Origin: Squalus acanthias
Taxonomy: Eukaryota
NCBI GenBank assembly: GCA_030390025.1
Contig: CM059433.1
Coordinates: 9,116,001-9,180,000, forward strand
Length of the DNA: 64,000 nt
Direction of reading: 5' to 3'
Part shown: in pieces, positions 54,155-64,000 of the stretch
Numbering within the stretch: position 1 is the stretch's first letter
Layout: each line of letters begins with the position of its first letter
The notes under the pieces: generated by a model
The model's input: only the letters and a program-made list of their open reading frames with translations
Databases searched by the model: none
What the model was told of the DNA's origin: nothing
Position numbers and translations under genes: made by a program

Positions 54155-55360
54155 ACAACAACAACAGCATGCATTATATAGCACCTTTAATATAGTAAAA
54201 TGTTCCAAGGCCCCTCACAGGAGCGTAAACAAAACAAAATTGACAGCGAGCCAAAGAAGGAGGCATTAGGACAGGTGCCAAAAGCTTGGTCAGAGGTATG
54301 TTTCAAGGAACGTCTTAAGGAGGAGAGATGGAGGCGAGGTTTAGGGAAGGAATTCCAAAGCTTAGGGCCTAGACAGCTGAAGGGACAGCCGCCAATGGTG
54401 GGGCAAAGGAAGTTGAGGATGCACAAGAGGCCAGAATTGGACGAACATAAGTTCTCAAAGAGTTCTAGGGCTGGAGGAGGTTGCAGATTTAGGGAGCTCC
54501 AAGGCCATGGTGGGGATTGAACACAAAAGATGAGAATTTTAAATTTGAGGCGTTGGCGGACCGGGAGCCAATGTAAGTCAGCGAGCACAGGGGTGATGGG
54601 TGAATGGTGCAAGTTAGGATACAGGCAGTAGAATTTTGGATGAGCTCGTTTATGGAGGATGAAAGGCCAGCCAGGAGAGCCGAGGTAACAAAAGCATGGT
54701 CGAGGGTTTAAGCAGATGGGCTAGGGTAGGGGCGGAGATGGGTGATATTAGAGGTCGAAGCAGGTGGTTTTGGTGATGGACTGGATCTGGGGTCTGAAGC
54801 ACAGTTCCGGGTCAAATTGAACGCTGAGGTTGCGATCAGTCTGTTTCAGCCTGTGACAATGGCCAGGGAGGGGGGTGGAGTCGGTAACTAGGGAACGGAG
54901 TTTGTGGCGGGGGCCAGAGACAATGGCTTCGGTCTTCCCAATGTTTAATTGGGAGGAAATTTCTGCTCATGCAGTACTGGATGTCGGACAAGCAGCCTGA
55001 CAACACAGAAGCAGTGGAGGGGGTCGAGGGATGAGGTGGTGAGGTAGAGCTGGGTGTCGTCGGCATACATGTGGGACCCGACATTGAGTTTACGGATGAT
55101 GGAGCCGAGGGGCAGCATGTAGATAATAGGCGGGGACCAAGGACAGATCCTTGGGGGACTCGAGGTAATGGTGCAGGAGCGAGAAGGGAAGCCAATCCCA
55201 GAGATTCAGGGCTATGACTGGATAAGATTGTAACCAGGCGAGAGCAGTCCCGCTCAGCTGGATACGGAGGAGAGACATTGGAGGATGGGGTGGTCAATCG
55301 TATCAAAGGATGCACACAGGTCAAGAAGGATGAGAAGGGATACGGCACCACAGTCACACT
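54155..55360 (-). mobile_element. L2 LINE 3' fragment, diverged
   Basis: ORF 54187..54612 (SPITPVLADLHWLPVRQRLKFKIL) and VPQGSVLGP in ORF 54836..55363; (caa)n tail. Confidence 0.85.
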
Positions 55361-55599
55361 CACTACCCAGTCAGCTCAAATCTCTCACTTTGTATTAAAC
55401 TCCTTTAAGTACAATGTTTTTGAATTGTCAACAATAATCAAGTGATATTTCACTTCCGAGTGTGCCTGGCTGTCTGCTGCCAAATCTGGTCTGACCATCT
55501 GAATATTATTGTTGGCTCTTTAAGCTAAATCTGCATCAGGCTCATCCAGGAAAGCAGAAAAACTGCAACATCCTCGAGGGCAACATTCATGTGGGCATA

Positions 55600-55947
55600 C
55601 ATCAGACAGGGTAGGTTACACTCAGCATCCGCCCGGAGTCGTCGGTGTGGAGCCCGTGCCATTTTCACAGTCGGTCCTAATTTAAATTAATCTGCCGAAC
55701 TGCCAGTGCGAAACATACTCCCAATAAACAGCTCACCAATTAGGAGGGCAGGAAATCTGGCAGGACAGCCGCTTCTTAAAAGGCCTGCAGCAGTACTTTT
55801 AAAGGGGAGGTGCACTTTTTCATGAGGAACTGAGAAAACAAGATTGTGCAGCAGCAGGCAACGACTTCCAGCAGGGCCTTGAGATTCTCCAATGCAACGG
55901 TGGGGATACTGATAGAACAAGTAACCATCAGGAAGGAGGTGCTCTCA
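55600..55947 (+). mobile_element. Harbinger-like remnant (Myb/SANT-like start), cut by the CR1 at 55948
   Basis: Degenerate RFSNATVGILIEQVTIRKEVL reading resembles the Harbinger Myb/SANT N-terminus. Confidence 0.4.
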
Positions 55948-58093
55948 TCATAGAATCATAGCAAGTTACAGCACGGAAAGAGGCCATTTCGGCCTATTGT
56001 GTCCGCGCCGGCCAACAAAGAGCTATCCAGCCTAATCCCACTTCCCAGCTCTTGGTCTGTAGCCCTGTAGGTTAGAGCATCCCAAGTGCACATCCAAGTA
56101 CTTTTTAAATGTGGTTAGGGTTCCTGACTCTACCACCCTTTCAGGCAGTGAGTTCCAGACCCCCACAACCCTCTAGGTGAAGAAATTTCCCCTCAAATCC
56201 CCTCTAAACCTTGCACCAATTACTTTAAATCTGGGCCCCCTGGTTTTTGACCCCTCTGCTAAGGGAAAGAGGTCCTTTCTATCCACTTTATCTAGGCCCC
56301 TCATAATTTTATACACCTCAATAATGTCTCCCCTCAGCCTCCTCTGTTCCAAGGAAAACAGACCCAGCCTATCCAGTCTTTCCTCATAGCTAAGATTCTC
56401 TACTCCCGGCAACATCCTTGTAAATCTCCTCTGTACCCTCTCCAGTGCAATCACATCTTTCCTGTAATGTGGTGTCCAAAACTGCACGCAGTACTCTAGC
56501 TGAGGCCTAACTAGTGTTTTATACAGTTGAAGCATAACCCCCCTGCTCTTGTATTCTATGATGCGGAGATGCCGGTGTTGGACTGGGGTGGACAAAATTG
56601 AGAGGTCGCACAACACCAGGTTATAGTCCAACAGTTTTATTTGAAATCACAAGCTTTCGGAGCTATCGATTTGCTCCTTCCTCAGGTGAAGTAAATTAGA
56701 TACAGAATCCCCAAAGCATATATAGATGGAAAACAAAGCATGTGTACTTTACAATTGCAGACCAATAAATTAAATCATCCTGACTATCTGCCGAGGTGTG
56801 ATAAAGTTAATTAAGTCAGCCAGGAAGGTACCACATCAAAGACATAGCAAGATACAACTGAGACAATGAGGTGTAGTCGCAGGGGTTCTAACGTGTCAAA
56901 AGCTGCCGTCTGTATGTAAAACGAAAAGCTTTAACATTTTTTTACTTTTTTACTGGGAAAATTTTTACTTTTTTACTGGGAATCACATCTGTGAACAAGC
57001 TAACGACGACTCGAGTCCGGATCACGTCATGTATCGTGACATAAACCCAAGATCCCGATTCTATGCCACAGCTAATAAAGGCAAGCATTCCGTATGCCTT
57101 CTTAACCACCTTATCTACCTGGCCTGCGACCTTCAGGGATCTGTGGACATGCACTCCAAGGTCCCTTTGTTCCTCTACACTACTCAGTGTCCTACCATTT
57201 AATGTGTATTCCCTTTCCTTGTTAGCCCTCCCCAAATGCATTACCTCACACTTCTCTGGATTGAATTCCATTTGCCACTGTTTGCCCACCTGACCAATTT
57301 ATTGATATCTTCCTGCAGTCTACAGCTTCCTTCTTCAGTATCAACCACACAGCCGATTTTAGTATCATCTGCAAACTTCTTAATCATACCCCCTATATTC
57401 AAGTCTAGATCATTGACATATACCACAAAAAGCAAGGGACCTAGTACTGAGCCCTGCAGAACCCCACTGGAAACAGCCTTCCAGTCACAAAAACACCCAT
57501 CAACCATTACCCTCTGCTTCCTGTCTCCGAGCCAGTTTTGAATCCAACTTGACACTTTGCCCTGGATCCCATGGGCTTTTAACTTCGTGACCAGTCTGCC
57601 ATGTGGAACCTTATCAAAAGCCTTGCTAAAGTCCATATAAACTACATCAAATGCACTACCCTCATCTACCCTCCTTGTTACCTCCTCAAAAAATTCAATC
57701 AAGTTTGTCAGACACGACCTTCCCTTAACAAATCCATGCTGACTATCCTTGATTAATGTGTGTCTTTCTAAATGAAGATTTATCCTGACCTTCAGAATTC
57801 TTTCCAATAATTTTCCCACCACCGAGGTTAGGCTGACTGGCCTGTAATTACTCGGTCTATCCTTTTCTCCCCTTTTAAACAAGGGTACCACATTAGCAGT
57901 CCTCCAGTACCACACCTGAAGCCAGAGAGGATTGAAAAATGATGGTCAGGGGCTCTGCTATTTCCTCTTTTGCTTCGCTTAACAGCCTGGGATACATTTC
58001 ATCCGGGCCTGGGGATTTATCCACTTTTAAAGCTGCTAAACCCCTTAATACTTCCTCTCTCACTATGTTTATTTCATCTAATATTTCACACTC
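55948..58093 (-). mobile_element. CR1 LINE (RT region to 3' tail) interrupted by a Penelope insertion
   Basis: ORFs 57893..58096, 57241..57915, 56942..57289 and 56173..56631; tail tcatagaatcatag on the plus strand. Confidence 0.92.
56561..57057 (-). mobile_element. 5'-truncated linear Penelope-like element: ORF C-terminus RDLGFMSRYMT*, 3'UTR/pLTR with hammerhead motif (56647-56689), and tail
   Basis: 57057-57022 translates to RDLGFMSRYMT*, resembling the (GLN)RDxGFxSxY end of PLE GIY-YIG ORFs; TSD ATTCTATG at 56553-56560 and 57058-57065; splits the CR1 motif GIE/YKSR. Confidence 0.85.
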
Positions 58094-58839
58094 CATATTT
58101 CACTGACTATCAACAGATAGTCGACAGGTGCCAAAGCAAATTAGTCAATGGGCATGGTAAAAGGTTACATAAAATGTCAATGCTAGCAGCATTATCCCCA
58201 GGATCTGGTTGCAGTGCCACAGGGAATGCTCCTTCACATTTCTCATACTCTCTGCATTGCCCTGCAGGACTCTACCTTTGCCTCAGCACCATGAATCCTT
58301 CCCAAGGCTCTGTGAAGTTGGCAGGGGACACTTTACTGCACCTCATTCCTGCTTACACTCACAAAACCGGATACTTCCCCTCACAACTACTTTTCTCCTT
58401 TTTGGTCTGATTTGCTGCTTCATCCAGTCATCATACACACTATGCTAAGCTGCCTTGTATATCTTGAAAAGGACACAACAGAAGGAAGACAGCTAGAACA
58501 GGAGGAGATCCTGCCACTCTTCAAACAGTTACCAATGGAAGATGCCACCATCAACATCGTTGACAAAAAGGCAAGCAGCATCAGAGATGAGGAGGCTGGA
58601 GGCCACGCAAAACAGGGTATTTGTCCATTTTCCCTTCCTTTTCTCTTTCTACTTAACTCTCTCACACACTTAGCATGACAACCTGATGATCCAATATGCT
58701 GCCATTCACAGATGTCAACCTTTAAAGTATTGCAATCAGTGATATGGCTTCTCCAAAGCTTGCCAGGGGTCAGGGGCCCGCAGAATGCAACCAGGAAGAA
58801 ATCTGGGCAAGAAACAGTACTTTAAAATATATAAAACTC

Positions 58840-59560
58840 CGGGGGCTAAAAATTCCAGAGTGCTGGAAACCTGCCGGTGCCGCCGCAGGCTGTAGTTAAC
58901 GGCCGCCAATAGCGCTGGCAGCACCAGTATATTGGTGCTGCTTGATAAGCATCAGCACTGCGCTAAACTTACAGTGCAAGGTCAGTTTTCGGGTGGTAGT
59001 CTCAGCAGGAGGCCCAATGTAGCGTGGCCATGTCATTGGAGCAAGAACAGTCTTCTCTTAAAGCAAGGCTGTCATTTTAGAAAGCAGTGTCGGTCCCTTT
59101 AAGGGGAACGGCCTTCTAAAATGAAAAAAATAAAAATCATTTAAAAAGGCAGTTTTTAGCCCTTAGTGCTCAACTGCCTCATGAAAAAAAATAAGCATTA
59201 ATAAGAATTCCCAAATGGCAGTCTTCAACTCTTAAAACTGAACTGCCTTCCACACCTAAAAAAAAGAGAAAAGTGCTTCAGCACCAACACAAATGGCTCA
59301 GCAAGCCAGGGAAGGGCCAGGGACTCGCACACAGCACTCCAGCTTTGTACAGGGGGTCAACACTGCAAGAGAGGTCCTCTACCCACAGGGGCCAGGAGGC
59401 CCTTCAGAAAGAAGGATGTGGGACCAGATCACCGAGGTCATCACTGCCAGCAGTGTTGCCCCCACAACCTGGCTCCAGTGCCCAAAGAAGCAAGTCAAGG
59501 TCAATGAATGCACAGACAAGACATTCACTAAGAGAATGCGTGATTAGTTGATTTCTTGAA
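58840..59560 (+). mobile_element. Harbinger-like remnant encoding a degenerate Myb/SANT-like DNA-binding protein
   Basis: ORF 59293..59547 (..REVLYPQG..WDQITEVITASSVAPTTWLQCPKK) fits the Myb/SANT W..I...V......TW.QC.KK pattern. Confidence 0.55.
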
Positions 59561-59824
59561 GTCATATTGGATGGATAGATGTATAAAGTTGGATTGGAAA
59601 GTTTGCTTTGTGGTGGCTTTTATTTCAACATTGTGGTCAAGAGGATGCCGTGATGGTCAGTAACAGAGGGAAGGTAAGGTGTGGGACAAATGTTGAAAGG
59701 GGAATTGGGGTTGTGGTCACTGGTACCACAGGCAGATGATTCCATCCCGGATATCCCGGCCAGAAAGTGGTTGTCTAGGTTGCATCCTTCCTTCTGCATC
59801 TTACACTTCCCTCTCTGCGAGCGG

Positions 59825-59960
59825 ATGCTGGAAATCTGCAATAAAAGCAGAAAATGCGGGAAATACTCAGGAGGTGAAGCAGTATCTCGACCTGAGACGT
59901 GAACTGTTTCTCTCTCCATGGATGCTGCCTGACCTGCTGAGTATTTCCAGCATTTTCTGC
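59825..59960. mobile_element. Short inverted-repeat remnant of the second Penelope-like family
   Basis: gcagaaaatgcgggaaatactcag and ctgagtatttccagcattttctgc are inverted arms; homologous to 14502-14632. Confidence 0.6.
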
Positions 59961-60713
59961 CTTCTCAGAGGCCTTCCTTTACCACCCGAGGCCTTGCAAG
60001 CATTCAGCAGCACTCCCTGCACACTTTAAAAGCTTTTAACATCTATTGCACTAAGCTACTACTTCAATAAAATACAAAAAATCCAATCCAAAAGCTTAAA
60101 TGCAAACTTAACTGAAAGATAGAAACATAAAAACACAGAAAAATAGGAGCAGGAGTAGGCCATTCGGCCCTTCGAGCCTGCTCCACCATTCAATATCATG
60201 GCTAATCCTCCATCTCAATACCATATTCCCGCTCTCTCCCCATACCCCTTGATGCCATTTGTGTCTAGAAATCTATCTATCTCCTTCTTAAATATATTCA
60301 GTGACTTGGCCTCCACAGCCTTCTGTGGTAGAGAATGCCACAGGTTCACCACCCTCTGAGTGAAGAAATTTCTCATCTCAGTCCTAAATGTCCTACCCCG
60401 TATTCTGAGACTGTGACTCCTCTTTCTAGACCCCCCAGCCAGGGGAAACATCCTCCCTGCATCCAGTCTGTCTAGCCCTGTCAGAATTTTATACGTTTCA
60501 ATGAGATCCCCTCTCATTCTTCTAAACTCTAGTGAATACAGGCCTAGTCGACCCAATCTCTCCTCATACGACAGTCCTGCCATCCCAGGAATCAGTCTGG
60601 TGAGCCTTCGCTGCACTCCCTCTGTGGCAAGTATATCCTTTCTTAGGTAGGGAGACCAAAACTGCACACAGTACTCCAGGTATGGTCTCACCAAGGCCCT
60701 GTATAACTGTAGT

Positions 60714-61003
60714 AAAATTGAGAGGTCGCACAACACCAGGTTATAGTCCAACAGTTTTATTTGAAATCACAAGCTTTCGGAGCTATCGATTTGCTCCTTC
60801 CTCAGGTGAAGTAAATTAGATACAGAATCCCCAAAGCATATATATGCTTTGGGGATTCTGTATCTAATTTACTTCACCTGAGGAAGGAGCAAATCGATAG
60901 CTCCGAAAGCTTGTGATTTCAAATAAAACTGTTGGACTATAACCTGGTGTTGTGCGACCTCTCAATTTTGTCCACCCCAGTCCAACACCGGCATCTCCGC
61001 ATC
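60714..61003. mobile_element. Penelope-like element inserted as a perfect 256-bp palindrome plus tail
   Basis: 60714-60841 is the reverse complement of 60842-60969; tail to 61003; TSD ATAACTGTAGTAA at 60703-60715 and 61004-61016. Confidence 0.9.
60874..60916 (+). ncRNA. Minimal type I hammerhead ribozyme motif; mirror copy at 60767-60809 on the minus strand
   Basis: ucac-CUGAGGA-a-GGAGC(aaaucgaua)GCUCC-GAAA-gc-UU-guga. Confidence 0.72.
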
Positions 61004-61921
61004 ATAACTGTAGTAAGACATCCTTGCTCCTGTACTCAAATCCTCTTGCAATGAAGGCCAACATACCATTTGCCTTCCTAACTGTTTTCTGCACCTGCAT
61101 GTTTGCTTTCAGTGACTGGTATACAAGGACACCCAGGTCCCTTTGTACATCAGCATTTCCCAATCTAGCACCATTTAAATAATACTCTACCTTTCTGTTT
61201 TTCCTACCAAAGTGGATAACTTCACATTTATCCACGTTATACTGCATCTGCCATGTATTTGCCCACTCACTCAACTTGTCTAAATCGCCTTGAAGCCTCT
61301 TTGCATCCTCCTCACAGCTCACAATCCCACCTAGTTTCGTGTCATCAGCAAACTTGGAAATATTACATTTGGTTCCCTCATCCAAATCATTGATATATAT
61401 TGTGAATAGCTGGGGCCCAAGCACTGATCCCTGCGGTACCCCAGTAGTCACCGCCTGCCACCCCGAAAAAGATCCATTTATTCCTATTCTCTGTTTCCTG
61501 TCTGTTAACCAATTTTCAATCCATGCCAGTATATTACCCCCAATCCCATGTGCTTTAATTTTGCACACTAACCTCTTATGTGGGACTTTATCAAAGGCCT
61601 TCTGAAAATCCAAATACACCACATCCACTGGTTCTCCCTTATCTATTCTACCAGTTACATCCTCAAAAAACTCCAGGAGGTTTGTCAAGCACGATTTCCC
61701 TTTCATAAATCCATGTTGACTTTGTCTAATCCGTTGATATTTTCCAAATGTCCTGTTATCACATCCTTTATAATAGACTCTAGCATTTTCTCTACTACTG
61801 ATGTTAGGCTAACCGGTCTGTAGTTCCCTGTTTTCTCTCTCCCTCCTTTTTTAAATAGTGGGGTTACATTTGCCACCCTCCAATCTGCAGGAACTGTTCC
61901 ATAATCTATAGAATTTTGGAA

Positions 61922-64000
61922 GAACATAAGAACATAAGAAATAGGAGCAGGAATAGGCCACTTGGCCCCTCGAGCCTGCTCCGCCATTCAATAAGATCAT
62001 GGCTGATCTTGGGCTCAAAACCACTGCCCTGCCCGCTCCCCATAACCCTTCACTCCCTTACCTTGCAAAAATCTGTCTATCTCCACCTTAAATATATTTA
62101 ATGACCCAGCCTCCACAGCTCTCTGGGGCAGAGAATTCCACAGATTTATGACCCTCCGAGAAGAAATTCCTCCTCATCTCAGTTCTAAAAGGGCGACCCT
62201 TTATTCTAAAACTGTGCCCCCGCGTTCTAGATTTCCTCACGAGGGGAAACATCCTCTCTGCATCTACCTTGTCAAGCCCCCTCAGTATCTTATGTGTTTC
62301 AATAAGATCACCTCTCATTCTTCTAAATTCCAATGAGTATAGGCCCAGCCTGCTCAACCTTTCCTCATAAGTCAACCCCCTCATCTCTGGAATTAACCTA
62401 GTGAATCGTCTCTGAACTGCCTCCAATGCAAGTATATCCTTCCTTAAATGAGACCAAAACTGTACGCAGTACTCAAGGTGTGGTCTCACCAATACCCTGT
62501 ACAGTTGTAGCAGGACTTCCCTGCTTTTATACTCCAACCCCTTTGAAATAAAGGCCAACATTCCATTTGCCTTTTTGATTACTTGCTGTACCTGCATGCT
62601 AACTTTGTGTTTCATGCACAAGGACCCCCAAGTCCCTCTGAACTGTAGTATTTTGTAATCTCTCTCCATTTAAATAATAATTTGCTTTTTTATTTTTCCT
62701 GCAAAAGTGTATAACCTCACACTTTCCCACATTATACTCCATCTGCCAAATGTTTGCCCACTCACTTAGCCTGTCTATATCCCTTTGCAGGTTCAAGTCC
62801 TCTGCACAACTTGCTTTCCCACCCATCTTTGTATCATCCGCAAACTTGGCTACATTACACTCGGTCCCTTCATTCAAGTCATTAATATAGATTGTAAATA
62901 GTTGAGGCCCCAGCACTGATCCCTGTGGCACCCTACTAGTTACAGTTTGCCAACATGAAAATTACCCATTTATCCCGACTCTGTTTTCTGTTAGTTACCA
63001 ATCCTCTCTCCATGCTAATATATTACCGCCAACCCTGTGAGCGCTTATCTTGTGCAGTAACCTTTTATGTGGCACCTTATCGAATGCCTTCTGGAAATCT
63101 AAATACACCACATCCACTGGTTCACCTTTGTCCACCCTGCTCGTTACCTCCTCAAAGAACTCCAGCAAATTTGTTAAACATGATTTCCTTTTCATAAAAC
63201 CATGCTGACTCTGCTTGACTGCATTATGATTTTCCAAATGCCCTGCGACTGCTTCCTTAAATGAAGAACTCCAGCATTTTCCCAACGACAGATGTTAGGC
63301 TAACTGGTCTATAGTTTCCTGCTTTCTGTCTCCCTCCTTTCTTAAATAGGGGTGTTACATTTGCGGTTTTCCAATCCGCTGGGACCTCTCCAGAGTCATG
63401 GGGATTTTGGTATATTGCAACCAATGCAGCCACTACTTTAAGACCCTGGGATGCAGGCCATCTGGTCCAGGGACTTGTCATCTTTTAGTCCCATTATTTT
63501 ACCAAGTACTATTTCCTTAGTGATAGTGATTGTCTTTAGTTACCCCCTCCCTGTGGCCCCTTGATTATCCATTATTGGGATGTTGTTAGTGTCTTCTACC
63601 GTGAAGACAGATACAAAATATTTGTTCAGAGTCTCTGCCATTTCCCCGTTCCCCATTATTAATTCCCCAGTCTCATCCTCTAAGGGACCAATGTTTACTT
63701 TAGCTACTCTCTTCCTTTTTATATACCTGTAGAAGCTCTTACTATCTGTTTTAATGTTTCTTGCCAGTTTACTCTCATAATTCACCACCTCTCTCATTTT
63801 TTTTAGTCATCCTTTGCTGGTTTCTAAAAATTTCCCAATCCTCTGGTCTCCCACCAATCTTGCCAACATTGTATGCCTTCGTTTTCAATTTGATACCATC
63901 CTTTACTTCCTTAGTTAGCCACGGATGGTGCTCCCTTCTCAAAATCTTTCTCTCACTGGAATATATTTTTGTTGAGAGTTATGAAATATCTCCTTAAATG
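61922..64000 (-). mobile_element. CR1 LINE (ORF2 RT, frameshifted), running off the window
   Basis: ORFs 62088..62669, 62599..62931, 62995..63285, 63257..63481 and 63540..63797; tail (agaacata)n. Confidence 0.92.

Larger units (their letters stand above)
60119..61921 (-). mobile_element. Young CR1 LINE interrupted by a palindromic Penelope insertion; its 5' side abuts a second CR1
   Basis: ORFs 61002..61706 and 60215..60751; duplicated LLQL codons at the insertion site. Confidence 0.92.

Noticed and set aside
43245..64000. KIDINS220 promoter or first exon
   Set aside because: No CpG island or convincing promoter seen; probably beyond the right edge, so not annotated

Overview
Repeat-rich vertebrate genomic DNA, most likely from a cartilaginous fish (shark), judging by the DeuSINE/SacSINE1-like and LF-SINE-like SINEs and the CR1, L2 and Penelope families. 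The only host gene I can support is KIDINS220 (ARMS) on the minus strand. Twelve coding exons run from the start codon (43203) through the ankyrin-repeat array to the Walker A motif of the KAP-family P-loop NTPase domain (4649). All have GT-AG boundaries and a continuous reading frame, and the gene continues past the left edge. The introns and upstream region contain CR1 and L2 LINE fragments, a second APE-RT LINE family with a tRNA-like head, SINEs and Harbinger-type DNA-transposon remnants. The most striking non-genic signal is a young Penelope-like element (PLE) family present four times. Each copy carries a minimal hammerhead-ribozyme motif. Two copies are large spacer-less DNA palindromes (750 bp and 256 bp) with target-site duplications, and both fold back at short self-complementary motifs already present in the linear copy.
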